In this document: positions 36,481-51,100 of the stretch, in pieces
Layout of the letters: each line of letters opens with the position of its first letter
Position numbering within the stretch: the first letter of the stretch is position 1
Assembly (NCBI GenBank): GCA_965287045.1
Contig: OZ336885.1
Span: 61,938,001-62,002,000, forward strand
DNA: 64,000 nt
Origin: Carcharhinus amblyrhynchos
Lineage: Eukaryota
Direction: 5' to 3'
The notes under the pieces: model-generated
What the model was told of the DNA's origin: nothing
Database searches by the model: none
Seen by the model: the letters and a program-made list of their open reading frames with translations, nothing else
Made by a program: the position numbers and the translations under genes

Positions 36481-38569
36481 TGTCAAGTATTTCACATTAA
36501 ACAATAATAGAATGCTTGCATCTGCACCATACTTCGGGAGGGCAGAGAAAAAGTAATTACAAAATTTGCTCACAGCTTTAAAACAAACAGAAAGGAAGAA
36601 ATGTGATCTGCATCTCTTGCGGGCAATATTGTACCTTTAATTATTCTCTTTGATACATTCCCACATAAAACAAAATCACAGAACAAGCCAGCTCGCCAAG
36701 TTAAAAAAAAACGTGCAAACATTCCTTGTTCGCTGCCTCCCACAATCATTCACCAAACTTCAACTCGCTCAAGAGCACAACCCATTTCCAAACAGATCTA
36801 CCATTCCTTGGCATATTCGTCGTCGATCCAATGATGTATCAAATAAGTTAATTTGTTTAATCACGTTTCAACATTGCCAGAGACAGAAATTAGAACACTA
36901 CAAGCGATGCAAACATTAACCTGGTCAACTTGTTCTGTTCCGCTATTCAGCTACATATCATTCTGCAATTCATGCATCCCCAGCTAAGTATCAATCTACA
37001 CTAATATCCAACACACCAAGTCAGATACTGTCCAAATAACTCCCCTATTCAGCTAAGGTCCAACATTATTTCGTCTTGCACATTGAAACAATCAGTTTCT
37101 GCCTCAGGCAATTACCTAAATAATAATCCAGCATCGTACTCAACTCAATATTCTGCGCCAATTGATGTGGCGCCATTCCAATCTATTCAGCAAGTCACAG
37201 CGTTCCAACGTGCTCACCGAATGTCCATTAAAAAAATCTCGATGTAACTGAGGGTCTCATCAACGCACCTTAAAAAAATGCACATGAGCATGTCTCAGTT
37301 AACCATCTGCATACTAATAGTACACGTCACACCAGCATTCACTCTTTCCACGGTCACAATCTGACTCACATAATTATGCATCTTCGAAAATTAAACGACT
37401 ATCTATAGAGTCATGTAAAACGCATGGACGTTCTACCTACGTAATCACATACAACAAAAAATATCAACAAAAATATACTTTGAAACATACAGCACAGCTA
37501 TCAGGCGGCGAGATAAATCCAGCCTTGAAAAAAATTTGGTGTTAAAGTAATGTTGAGTCGCTGTAAATATTGGAACATTCCCGCAGAGGCTTGAATGCTA
37601 CTGTGTCTCGCAACTGGTGGACAATCTGTGCGACAGGCATGCATAACACCTTAGTTTCACGAAAGCTTTAGTCCAACAGAAACACTACAAATTTAATAGC
37701 ATGACGTTTTGCAAGCGTTACACGTTCACAGCAATAATTGTTACACATGCTCATCATGGCACCCAAATAACGCACAATCATATGATTGAACGGAAAAAGT
37801 ATGCTCTCCTAACCGCTATGAAGGGAATCAATGCAAATCAGTCATGAACGGACAGGGAACCAATTTATCAAAAGAATCAGCTATATTTTGACAACGTGCT
37901 TACTCACGCAACAGTTAAGCGATTGCAACGGGAAACAGTTCAATTTGACCTTATTGCCGAAGTCATGCGTTCTCTTTAAAAATAAACTTTGTTAGGTTCT
38001 CGTAACCTTAGTGGTGATAATGGATCAACTTTTTTTGTTGTATCATGGAATGAATATAAATATGAAGTAAAAATTAGCAAGAATCATCACAATTGGAAAG
38101 CACAATTGGAAAAACGCAATTTGATCCAAACTTCCCACAACATAGAAATACGCCCAAAAAGTAAATATTCTCGATTAAGCACTTTATCAAGAGCTGCTAA
38201 CGAGAATTGACGTGAATAACGTAGACATGCGGAGGAACATCACCTTTAAAGGCTTGCAATAATAAAAAAAGGACATGTGGAAAGTGCAAATTAATTTAGC
38301 TGTACTTACGCTCATGAGACAAGTGAAATCCGAATATAACTATCAGCAATGCGGTGCTGACATGTCAGTTCGACCGACCTCTTTGGTGTCAGCATCCGAA
38401 GACGCCCACAAGGCCTCAGCGCAGGCACACATGGGCGGATTAGGGATGTTTCAATCCATTGGAAGGAGGAGTTGAAAGGAAGGAGGGAGAGGACGCATGG
38501 ACTTACAATAGCCATCGAATTAGAAAACGTGTAAGACTAATGAATTTCGAATATAACGAGACAGGCTAG

Positions 38570-38765
38570 CTGCAAGAACGACATTCTCGATGGTAGAGGA
38601 GAACAAATCAAGGGGGAATGTTCTGATGTTTCGGGGTAGGCCATTTAGAATGGAGATGAGGAGCATTTCTTCACACAAATCGTGGTGGCCCTGTGCAATT
38701 CATTACCACAGGAAGTGGATGAAGCCAGTGTATTATATATATTCAGGAGACGGTGCATGTCAGTT
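38570..38765 (+). mobile_element. Old CR1 3' fragment carried in each module copy (also ~45140, 47340, 49900, 50905)
   Basis: GRPFRMEMRRHFFTQSVVNLCNSLPQEV consensus across copies. Confidence 0.85.
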
Positions 38766-41199
38766 GGGTCCGATGTGGTTTTCACTGAAGTTACACGAAA
38801 TTTGCAAATGTTTAATATTTATTTATTTATTGGCACTTTCAGCGCTACTACCAGAGAAACCGTGCTGAAACTATAATAATTTTATCGTGCTTGTCAGTTT
38901 CCACCACATTTTGGATTAGGAATAGGTAATGAAAAATCGGCAGTGTACTTTCAAATATAGGAATCGAATTATTGGAAGCCAGAACTAAGTTTCCTTAATG
39001 AACAAGGGAGATGTCGAATTATTTTGAATATTTGTGTACAAAAGCATTGCGCAATTACAAGTGGAATTTCACCCATGCATTTACATCGAATGAGTTCTGT
39101 TTCATCCCCGTAAGTAAAATTATAGTTTTCAAATCCTTCATCTTTTTTCGGTGTGTCTCCTTCAATGGGTGTGTGAGTTGACATCAGCTGAAAAGCTCAT
39201 AGAGGCTGCAACATGAATGTTTGCTTTGAGACTTCCATAGTTTCCTGATTTCTAATTTGGATTCCTTACTGAGCGTAAGATAGTTAAGATGGGAAATATA
39301 CATGCGTTGAACTGTATTGAATATAGACGACTTAATGCATGCGATGATGGTTTCAGCCCAGCCTGTGGCGCCGTTGGAGGCCTGTGGAGACTCTTGGTAG
39401 CTTCAAGGCGTGAGAATCATCTGGGTAAGAGGAACTTGGGCGCTTGAATTGAGGTTTGGACCTCTTCGGTGTTCGGCCTGTTGTGGCTGCGTGAGCAGGG
39501 CGGTTGTGTGTTCTTGTTGCAGGCGTAAATCCAGTTGGCATTCTGTGTGGGTGAAAACCAGTTCGGTCTGGACCTAATCGATAATGTTAGCTGGACTGCG
39601 AATCAAACATGTTCCAGTGATGTGGGCGGAAGTGGAGGTGGTGCGTGAGTGTTTTGGGTCGCAAAACAACAATGAGTCCGTTATTGCTTGTGGATGACAG
39701 GATGTCAGAGGACTGGATGGAGTTGCTTGAGCGAATCGAGCAAAGCTGTAGATACGGATCTCGGCGATTAAGCTCAGGCACTAATACGATCACCCACATT
39801 GGCAAGTCGAGCTGTGGAAACTGGGGAGTCGGGGGTGGGGGTGGGGGGGGGCGTGGGGGGCAGAATTCTTTGATCTTTTTGGCGTAGCAGTACTGATGTA
39901 AGAGTATCTGTTTGGCTGTGGACTCATGACTCTTCAGTTGAAAGAAAAGTCATATTTTCTGCAACGCTTTCACGATGACTGCTGTATAAACGAGTGGAAT
40001 CCATCAAAATGTTCCCATGAAAAATGGGTATTCCGGAGTGTTACAATTGGCTGGAGCCAGAGTTTACAGTTTGTGTTTCAATGAAATTGCATTGCAACTT
40101 TCACTCGGGAATTTTAGAAGGCGTTCAGCAGCGCAACCTGGAATACCCTAGCTGACCACAACCGCACAAAAGGCAATTTCTTCCCCGTCCCACCCCTATT
40201 GCAAGCCTCTAACATGGAGAGCTTTTAATTTGCATTCAACTGTAGCTTGCTCGCTTTTTAATCATCAATCGACATTTTATTACGGAGAACTGAATTGTTT
40301 CATTTCCTTCTTCATTATCTTGATGCTAAAGAAAACAATATGTTATCGTGATTATGACACATCATGGAACTTCAACGGTTGTTGATCAATTTGTTTATCC
40401 GATAAGAAGGCATTGCTTGGAGGTAATGCAATGACATAGTCACGTCATTTTTATTTTATTCTCACTTTTTTAAAGCTGATCTTTAAGTTTTCTCTTTTCT
40501 ACGTGGGATAGAAAAGTTCTGGTTTGGTTCGGAATTCAGCAGATGTGCATCAATTTAAACCTCTCCATCAATTTCCTATTTCAGGCCATTAACTTCCTGT
40601 TTTTTAGAGTTCACAATTTGCAAAATTAACCTTTGATTTTGTATTAGCAGTTTTCATTTGTAACTGAGAGTTTTGGTCGGCTAAAGTGATGTTTCGCTTC
40701 CACAAGATGTTCAGTGTTCTCTCCATCTCACATTTCGTTATGAAAAATGAAATCAGGCACTTAATTCTGCAGTCCGCATTGAGTGTGGCACACAACATTG
40801 TGGCTGGCGAATATTATCTTATTATTTCGATTAAATATCCCAGCTGGCATGAAATGTTTTGACACTCACCCAATTGTTCCGAGCCAGATTGCTTTAGTTT
40901 TTTTTTCTGGCGTCGAGTTTCGTCCTCAATCTAATGTTGAAATACTTAATGTGGATATCTCTAATTATGCAAACAAACGCTTTCATATATTAGTTGGGTA
41001 ATAGTCTTATCTTTTGCATGTGATTTATTCACTGTATCTACACAGTCCTTCTGTTGCATCATTTTGCACTGCACGATTAATGGGACTCCCACAGTGTGGA
41101 TTGAGACAATTTGGCCTCTTGAGGGTTCATCAACTCTCTGAAAGAATATCTCACCTATCCCATCAAGCCGCCGAATTCCCGAAATTCGTCACCAGTTAT

Positions 41200-42500
41200 T
41201 ATAACTTTTGTTGTTCGGAATTCATTGAAAGTCATCAGCAAATATTTAGTAACGGAACAACTGGAAAATCAAAACACAAGCAGATATGATCAGAATGATT
41301 TTATGAAAAATATATCGTGTTTGATTATATTGCTAGATTTCTTCGAATGTGTCAAAGGGAACATGTATAATGATGTTTAAATGGTTGCATTATATCAGAT
41401 CTCGGGAAAGCATTCAAAAGGATGTCCAGGAAAACATTGATATACAAGGTAAGTTCACACAGGTGTGTGCTAAAATATTTTCATGAATAGAGATATTCTA
41501 ATTGACAAAATGAGCTAACAGGGATTTTTATTATCTTTAAGTGAGCACACTGAAACTTGTGTTCAGGACGGTTCGGTCATCTGGCTCCACCTATTTGTAA
41601 TCTATTTTAATAAAGCAGGTGAAGGAATAGTGCATAGTATAGTCAAATGAGAAGAAGAAAATATACATGTTAATGCAAATTGCTTGAATTTGATAAAAAT
41701 GCTAATAGTTTTGTACAGATTAGATAAGTGGACATAAAATTGGCAGGTGAAATTTGGCGTGGATAGTTCTGACGCTGTCTGTTTTGGTAAGAGAAATAAC
41801 AATGCCACTTGTTACCTAAAGGGGCAGATTGTAAAAAAAAAAGTGTTCAATGCAAATGGGTTTGGATATTTTTGTGCATGAATTGGAAAATGATAGTATT
41901 CATGCTCAGCAAGTGTTAAGAAAGGCAAATGGGATTTTGGCATTCATTGGCAATGCAAGGAGGTTCAGAAGGACAGCGTGTGATTCCAACTGAGCACGAG
42001 AGACTGTGTTGACCGAGTAACTGGAGAGTAAAAAACAGTAAATCATGAAGGCTGTTCAGAGAAGAATCGTTAGTTTTATTCAGAGGTGAAGGACTTTTCA
42101 TATAATTAATGACTGCGTAACTTCGGCCTGTCATCCCGTGAATATTGAAAATTAGAGGAGAGCTAAATCTTTTTTTTTACGATTCTAAAGTGATTGCATT
42201 GACAATTGTAGAGCGAATCTTTCAACCTGTTGTTCATTCTCGAACGAGAGAGCATAACTGAAAGCTAACAGTCACAGATTAAAAACATACATGAAAAAGT
42301 GCTATTTAATTCGATGACTTGTGATTTTGTGGAATTCTCTATCGCAGAGTGTACTGGACACTGGGAAACTAAACAAAGGAGGAGAAAGATGGGTCGGAAT
42401 TAGTCGCGGAATGATGGGTTATTGGGAGAGGTCAGGAAAGACGATCTGAGGGACAGAAAAGATTAGATATGATCGTACTGAATGGCAGAGTAGGCTTTCT
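41200..42500 (+). mobile_element. Old CR1 RT-to-3' fragment (duplicated at ~52490-53800)
   Basis: Degenerate QHGFMKGKSC-like start, WQVKF, KANGILA and CR1 3' tail. Confidence 0.7.
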
Positions 42501-45500
42501 TATCTCTTGCTGCACATGAATACGAACTTTCTCCAAATCATGTCCAAGGATATCCAAAGTCATTTGCATTTTTTTCTGTGATTTTTTCACTATCTGTCCA
42601 TTTCGGTAACAGGTGGCATTTTTATTTGTCTCACCGAAAAAAAGACAACATCAGAATTAGACACGTCAAATTCCAGTTGCCAGTTTTAGGCTCTCTTACT
42701 TGTACAAAACAATTTGCATTTTGTTTTCATCACACTAAAGAACTTGCATTCACACGAAGGACCAGATTGCCTATCGTATGTCCTAATTCATGTTCTCCTG
42801 TACAGTGGAACACACAGATACCTGTCACAGCCCAACGTGCACACAGAACTTTGGAGATCCCATCAGGCACTTCCGTTGAACACTTCACATAAGACCACAT
42901 TTTGCATCCAAAATAACTCACAATAGTATACTAAATCGGTGTCCTTCATTTGCAATTCAGCAACATGTGAGTAAAGCATTCTGTGAACCATCAGAGAATG
43001 AGAGACAATGCAAATATATCATCTTTTATTCTTCCGTGTTTTAAGCATTCCTTTGGAGGTCCGTGGAATTCTGTTGAAATTACTTGGAACGAATGAAAAA
43101 CCATACTGGAAATCCCTCGTATTGCAATGAAGTAATCACATCAGAAGAGGAAAGTGATATTTCTCACCTTGTTCGATGTTCACTTTTTTCCCATCTAGTG
43201 GGACGTACAGAAGTCATAGCATTCAAAGAATTCAATGCAAAACGTGCAGCTTCTCAGGATCAAATTGTTACCATGGCTGTTTATCTAAAACCATTTTTTT
43301 TAACGTGATGTTACCACGAAGAAATCATTACGACATTTTTTTTTAATTATTCCGGCTTCTCACTGACGCAGCTGTTAACATAGAAGGGAGGCAAAATCCT
43401 TACCTATAGGCAAGTTAACTGGCTCTATTTTCTTGGATCGATGTTGGCATCAATAATTGAGGAAGTGAGGAAGCAAACAATAAAAACCGGAATCTGATGA
43501 AAATTGCGTTAACAAGACTTTATCAAAGGGACATTATGTGCGAAAATGTAATAGTTGTTTTTTAACGGCTGTATTACAATTGAGATGAAACGACGTAACA
43601 AGCAGAAATCCACTTGTTCTGATCTTTGATCTTCCGAACGTCAGGTCACTGATGCTTAAATTGTAAGAACCCACGTAGGTAATTAACACCCAACGAGAAT
43701 TGATAAATGTGCTCGCAACAGCGCTTGAGATTACAACCCAATTTGCAGTTTAGCGACATGCTACCAGTGAGTTTATGCACTGAACTGCGCCGGAACAACA
43801 ACGTTTTAGAAGATATAAGTTATTTGGAGGAAGGAATTGAAGGTACTGCAGCAAAATTCGCAATACATTGAAAGATTTGAGAGCCTTCAGGATATTTGAC
43901 AAGATACTGATACCTAACAGAGTAGTCCTGAAATTCAGAGAGAAGAAAGCTGCAGAATGTTATCACCCGAACTGAATTGTGGACTCTTGCGCATGGAACA
44001 CAGAATGCTTTCACACAACTACAACAGCTATACAATGAAAATCTTGGAATGATGGCCATTACATTGAGGTGGTTGGTTTAAAAAATGTGGTGACATCTAT
44101 CTGCAGCTCTGCATTGGTAATATTGTGTGCTGTTATCATCCCCTGATATCAAGAAATGCAATGCATTACTGGTGGCAGTTCAGAGAAGCTATGCCAGGGT
44201 GATTTGAGATGTGCAGCGAAGGTCTGAGGAGAAAAGGTTAATCATGTTAGGACTCACTGAAATTTGACAGAAGCCAAGGTGATCTTCATTCAAACATATC
44301 GCATTCTTAAAAGACTTGGCAGAATTGTCGGGGAATAGAAGGCATTATCTCTGAAAAAAATCGCAAATGTATTATTGAGGTGAGGAGGAATTTATTCTAT
44401 CAATAAAGAATAAACTTTTCAAAGTCCTTGCAGCAGAGAACTGTGCAGAAGAGTCCTTGTGCATGAGACTGAGTTGCATTTTTTTTATTAATAATGGAAT
44501 TAAGGTTTACGGTGAATGTGCAGACAAGTGGTCATCAGGAACATCGCTTCAGTGCTGAAAGGCAGACCACATTCCAGGGGATTATGAACATTGATATTTA
44601 TCATGAAGCTTTACTATTATTCTTTCAACCACTCTTTTTTTTGTATCAAGCGAAAATGAAGTTCGGCCATTCAAATTTAAGGTTGATGTTGATGTTCAAA
44701 GTCACAAATTTTGAGGAATCACTGATGAAATGCAATTGAGTTTGATTGGAAACACGTTGGATCTTTGCTTCTGAGAACTTCCATTACGATCTCTAATGTG
44801 AAAGGAAATTTTCTTGCCACTATCAGCCCAACATTGAAGATTGCAAGGGCGATATTCAAAGCGTACAGGTATTCCTTCGTTGCCTCGACAGCTAATATGT
44901 TAGCCAAAGTATCTTCTGATGGAGCTTAATGATATTTAAATACATTGACTGCATTCCAGGATCAATACCTGTCAAATGTCCTCAGCGCAGGCACACATTG
45001 GCGGATTAGGAATGTGCCAATCCCTGGAAGGAGGAGTTGAAAGGAAGGAGGGAGAGGACGCATCGACTTGCAATATTCATTGACATAGAAAACGTATAAG
45101 ACTAATGCACTTCTAATATAACTAGACGGGCTAGATTCAAGGACGACGTTTCCGATGGTGGAGGAGAACAAATGAGGGGAAGTGTTCTGATGTTTCGGGC
45201 TAGGCCATTTAGAATGGAGATGACGAGACATTTCTTCGCACAAAGCGTGGTGAACCTATGCAATTCATTACCACAGGAAGTGGATGAAGCGAGTGTATTA
45301 AATATATTCAGGAGACGATGCATGTCAGTTGGATCCGATGTGGTATTCACTGCAGTGACACGAAATTTGCAAATATTTAATACTTATTTATTTATTGGCA
45401 CTTTTAGCGCTACTACCAGAGAAAAAGTGCTGAAACTATCATAATTTTATCGTGCTTGCGAGTTTCCACCACATTTTGGAGCTGGAATTGGTAATGAAAA

Positions 45501-47825
45501 GCCGGGAGTGTGCTTTCAAATATAGGAATCGAATTACTGGTAGCCAGAACTATGTTTTCTAAATGAACAAGGGAGGTATCGAATTATTTTGAATATTTGT
45601 GTTCAAAAGCATTGCGCAATTACAAGAGGAATTTCTCCCATGCATTTACATCCAATGAATTCTCTTTCATCCCCGGAAGTTAAATGATCGTGTTCAAATC
45701 CTTCACCTATTTTCGGTGGGTCTCCTTCAATGGATGTGTGAGTTTACCTCAACTAAAAAGCTCATAGAGACTGCCACATGAATGCTTGCTTTGAGACATC
45801 CATAGTTTCCTGATTTGTAATTTATGTTCCTCACTGACCGTAGGATAGATATGATGCGAAATATACATGCGTTGAACTGTATTGAATATAGACGACTTAA
45901 TGCACGCGATGATGGTTTCAGTGCAGCCAATGGTGCCGTTGGAGGCTTGTGGAGACTCTTGGTAGCTTCGGGGCGTGACACTCATCTGGAAAAACGGAAC
46001 TTGGGCACATGAATTGAGGTTTGAACCTCTTCGGTGTTCGGCCTGTTGTGGTTGCGTGAGCAGGGTGGTTGTGCGTTCTTGTTGCAGGCGTAAATCCAGC
46101 TGGCATTCTGTGTGGGTTTAAACTGGTTTCGTCTGGACCTAATCGATAATGTTAGCTGGACTGCGAGTCAGACATGTTCGAGTGATGTGGGCGGAAGGGG
46201 AGGTGGTGCGCGAGTGTTTTGGGGCGTAAAACAACAATAATCCCGTTCGTGCTTGTGGATGACAGGATAGCGGAGGGCTGCATGGAGTTGCTTGAGCGAA
46301 TGGAGCAAAGCTGTAGAAACGGATCTCGACTATTCAGCTCAGGCACTAATTCGATCACTGATATTGGCAAGTCCAGCTGTGGAAACGGGGATTGGGGGAG
46401 GGGAGATTTCATTGATCTTTTTGGGGTAGCAGTACTGATGTGAGAGTATCTGTTTGTCTGTGTACTCATGAATCTTCAGTTGAAAGAAAAGTCATATTTT
46501 CTGCAACGCTTTCACGATGACCGTTGTATAAACGACTGGGAACCATCAAAATGTTCCCATTAAAAATGACTATTCCGTAGTGTTACAATTGGCTGGAGCC
46601 AGAGTTTACAGTTTGTGTTTCAATGAAATTGCATTGCAACTTTCACTCGGGAACTTTAGAAGGCGTTCAGCAGCGCAACCTGGAGTACCGTAGCTGACCA
46701 CAACCGCACAAAAGGCAATTTCCTCGCCGTCCCATCCCTATTGCCAGCCTCTAATATGGAGAGCTTTTAATTTGCATTCAACTGCAGCTTGCTGGCTTTC
46801 AAAACATCAATCGGCATTTTATTACGCAGAACTGAATTGTTTCATTTCCTTCTTCATTATCTCGATGCTAAAGAAAGCAATATGTTATCGTGATTATTAC
46901 TCATCGTGGAACTTCAACGGTTGTTCATCAATTTGTTTGTCCTATAAGAAGGCATTGTTTGGACGTAAAGAAATAGGATTGTCACGTCGTTTTTATTTTA
47001 TTCTCACCTTTCTCTTTAAGCTGATCTTTAAGTTTTCTCTGTACTATGTGGGATATAACAGTTCTGGTTTGGTTCGGGATTCAGAAGACGTGCATCAATT
47101 TAAACGTCTCCATCAATTTACGATTTCAGGCCGTTAGCTACCTGGTTTTTAGTGTTCACAATTTGCAAAATTAACCTTTGATTTTTTATTAGCAATTTTC
47201 TGTTGTATCGGAAAGTTTTGTTCGGCTAAAGTTATGTTTTGCTTCCAGAAGATGCTCAGTGTTCTCTCCATCTCACATGTCGTTGTGAAAAAAATAATAT
47301 CAGGCAGTTAATAATGCAATCCGCATTTGGTGTGGCTAGATGCAAGGACGACGTTCTCGATGGTGGAGGAGAACAAATCAAGGGGAAATGTTCTGATGTT
47401 TCGGGGTAGGCCCTTTAGAATGGAGATGAGGAGACATTTCTTCACACAAAGCGTGGTGAGCCTGTGCAATTCATTACCACAGGAAGTGGATGAAGCCAGT
47501 GCATTGAATAGATTCAGGAGACGGTGCATGCCACTTGGATCCCATGTGGTATTCACTGCAGTAATCCGAAATTTGCAGATATTTAATATGAATTTATGTA
47601 TTCGCACTTTTAGCGCTAGTACTAGAGAAGCCACGCTGAAGCTATCATAATTTTATCGTGCTTGTCAGCTTCCACCATATTTTTGGTTCAGAATCGGTAA
47701 TGAAAAATCGGGAGTGTACTTTCAAATGTAGGAATCGAATTACTGGAAGCCAGGACTATGTTTTCCTAATGAACAAGGGAGATATCGAACTATTCTGAAT
47801 ATTTGTGTTCAAAAGCATTGCGCAA

Positions 47826-48147
47826 TGGGCTGGGGGCCAAGCCTCAAGATAAAGGGGGGGGGGGGGGGCGGTTTAGAACGGAGTTGAGGAAGAACTTCTT
47901 CATTCAAAGGGTGGTGAATATCTGGAATTCTCTGCCCGTTGAAGTGGTGGAGGCTACCTCGCTAAACATTTTTAAGACGCGGGTTGATGGGTTTCTGATA
48001 AGAGAGACGATTAAGGGTTATGGGGAGAGGGCGGAAATGTGGAACTGAGCCGCAACCGATCAGCCATGATCTTATTGAATGGCGGGGCAGGCTCGAAGGG
48101 CCAGATGGCCTACTCCTGCTCCTATTTCTTATGTTCTTATGTTCTTA
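47826..48147 (+). mobile_element. Young CR1 3' insertion, present only in module copy 3
   Basis: RFRTELRKNFFIQRVVNIWNSLP and a CTTATGTT tail; interrupts GCGCAAT/TACAAG with a possible AAT duplication. Confidence 0.93.
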
Positions 48148-51100
48148 ATTCCAAGAGGAATTTCACCCATGCATTTACGTTCAATGAATTCTGTTTCATC
48201 CCCGTAAGTTATAGTGTTCAAGTCCTTCATCTATTTCCGGTGGTCTCCTTCAATGGATGCGTGAGTTTACCTCAACTAAAATGTTCATAGAGACTGCCAC
48301 ATGAATGTTTGCTTCGAGACTTCCATTGTTTCCTGACTTCTAATTTGGATTCCTTACTGACCGTCCGATAGTTATGATGCGAAATATACATGCGTTGAAC
48401 TGCATTGATTATAGACGACTTAATGCATGCGATGATGGTTTCAGCCCAGCCAGTGGTGCCGTTGGAGGCCTGTGGAGACTCTTGGTAGCTTCGGGGCGTG
48501 ACAATCATCTGGAAAAGCGGAAATTGAGCGCTTGAATTGAGGTGTAGGCCTCTCCGGTGTTCGGACTGTTGTGGTTGCGTGAGCAGGGTGGTTGTGTGTC
48601 TTTGTTGCACGCGTAAATCCACTTGGCATTCTGTGTGGGTTAAAACTAGTTCGGTGTGGACCCAATCGATAATGTTCACTGGACTGCGAATCAGACAAGT
48701 TCGAGTGATGTGGGCGGAAGGGGAGGTGGTGCGTGTGTGTTTTGGGGCGTAAAACAACAATGATCCCGTTAGTGCATGTGGATGACAAGATAGTGGAGAA
48801 CGAGATGGAGTTGCTTGAGAAAAGGAGCAAAGCTGTAGATAGGGATCTCGGCGATAAAGCTCAGGCACTATTTCGATCACTGATATTGGCAAGTCAAGCT
48901 GTGGAAACTGGGGAGTGGTGGGTGGTTGCGGGGTGGGGGGGGGGAGGGGGGGATGTGGGAACGATTTCATTGATCTTTTTGGCGTAGCAGTCCTGGTGTG
49001 AGAGTATTTTTTTGTCTGTGTACTCATGACGCTTCAGCTGAAAGAAAAATCATATTTTCTGCAACGCTTTCACGATGACTGCTGTATAAACGAGTGGAAT
49101 CCATCAAAATGTTCCCATCAAAAATGAGTATTACGCAGTGTTACAATTGGCTGGAGCCAGAGTTTAGAGTTTGGGCTTCAATGAAATTGCATTGCAACTT
49201 TCACTCGGGATCTTTAGAAGGCGTTCAGCATCGCAAGCTGGATTACCCGAACTGACCACAACCGCACAAAAGGCTATTTCCTTCCCGTCCCACCCCTTTT
49301 GCCAGCCTCTAATATGGAGAGCTTTTAATTTGCATTCATCTGTAGCTAGCTCGCTTTTTAAACATCAATCGAGGTTTTATTTCGGAGCACTGAATTGTTT
49401 CATTTCCTTCTTCATTATCTCGATGCGAAAGAAGGGAATATGTTCCCGTGATTATTACTCATCATGGAACTTCAACGGTTGCTCATCAATTTGTTTGTCC
49501 TATAAGAAGGCATTGCTTGAAGGTAATGCAATAAAATAGTCTCGTCGTTTTTATTTTATTCTCACCTTTTTCTTTAAGCAGGTCTTTAAGTTTTCTCTGT
49601 TCTACGTGGGATAGAAAAGATCTGGTTTGGTTCGGGATTCAGCAGATGTGCATCAATTTAAACCTCTCCATCAATTTTCCGATTTCAGGCCATTAGCTTC
49701 CTGATTTTTAGTGTTCACAATTTGCAACATTAACCTTTGATTTTGTATTAGCAAATTTCTATTGTAATGGAGAGTGTTGGTCAGCGAAAGTGATGTTTTG
49801 CTTCCGCAAGCTGTTCAATGTTCGCTCCATCTCACGTTTCGTTACGAAAAATAAAATCAGGCATTTAATTCTGCAATCCGCATTGGGTGGGCCTAGATGC
49901 AAGGACGGCGTTCTCAATGGTGGAGGAGAACAAATGAAGGGGAAATATTCTGATGTTTCGGGGTAGGCCATTTCGAATGGAGATGAGGAGACATTTCTTC
50001 ACACAAACCGTGGTGAACCTGTGCAATTCATTACCACAGGAAGTGGATGAAGCCAGTGTATTGAATATATTCAGGAGACTGTGCATGACAGTTGGATCCA
50101 ATGTGGTATTCACTGCAGTTACCCGAAATTTGCAAATATTTATTATGTATTTATTTATCGGCACTTTTAGCGCTAGTACCAGGGGAACCGTCCTGAAACT
50201 GTTACAATTTTATCGTGCTTGTCAGTTTCCACCACGTTTTGGAGTCGTAATTGGTAATGAAAAACCGGGAGTGTGCTTTCAATTGTAGGAATCGAATTAC
50301 TAGAAGCCAGAACTATGTTTTCTTAATGAACAAGGGAGATATCGAATTATTGTGAATATTTGTGTTCAAAAGCATTGCGCAATTACAAGAGGAATTTCAC
50401 CCATGCATTTACATTGATTGAATTCTGTTTCCTCCCCGTAAGTTATAGTCCTCAAATCCTTCATCTATTTTCGGCGTGTCTCCTTCAATGGATGTGTGAG
50501 TTTACCTCAACTAAAAAGCTCATAGAGACTGCCACATGAATGTTTGCTTCGAGACTTCCATAGTATCCTGCTTTCTAATTTGGGTTCCTTACTGACCGTC
50601 CGATAGTTATGATGCGAAATATACATTCGTTGAACTGTATTGATTATCGACGACTTAATGCATGCGATGATGGTTTCAGCCCAGCCAGTGGTGCCGTTGG
50701 AGGCCTGTGGAAACTCTTGGTAGCTTCGGGGCGTGACTGTCATCTGGAAAAGCGGAACTTGGGCGCTTGAATTGAGGTTTGGACCTCTCCGGTGTTCGGC
50801 CTGTTGTGGTTGCGTGAGCAGGGTGGTTGTGTGTTCTCGTTGCACGCGTAAATCCACTTGGCATTCTGTGTGGGTTAAAACTAGTTCGGTATGGACCCAA
50901 TCGATATTTCTTCACACAAAGCGTGGTGAACCTGTGCAATTCATTACCACAGGAAGTGGATGAAGCCAGTGTATTGAATATATTCAGGAAACGGTGCATG
51001 CCAGTTGGATCCGATGTGGTATTCACTGCAGTTACCCGAAATTTGCAAATATTTAATAAGCTCGGGCACTAATTCGATCACTGAAATTGGCAAGTCCAGC

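Noticed and set aside
40100-40200. Clustered RUNX/ETS-like motifs (ACCACA, ACCGCA, TTCC) as a lymphoid enhancer
   Set aside because: Short motifs are expected by chance, and their retention in the copies is explained by duplication
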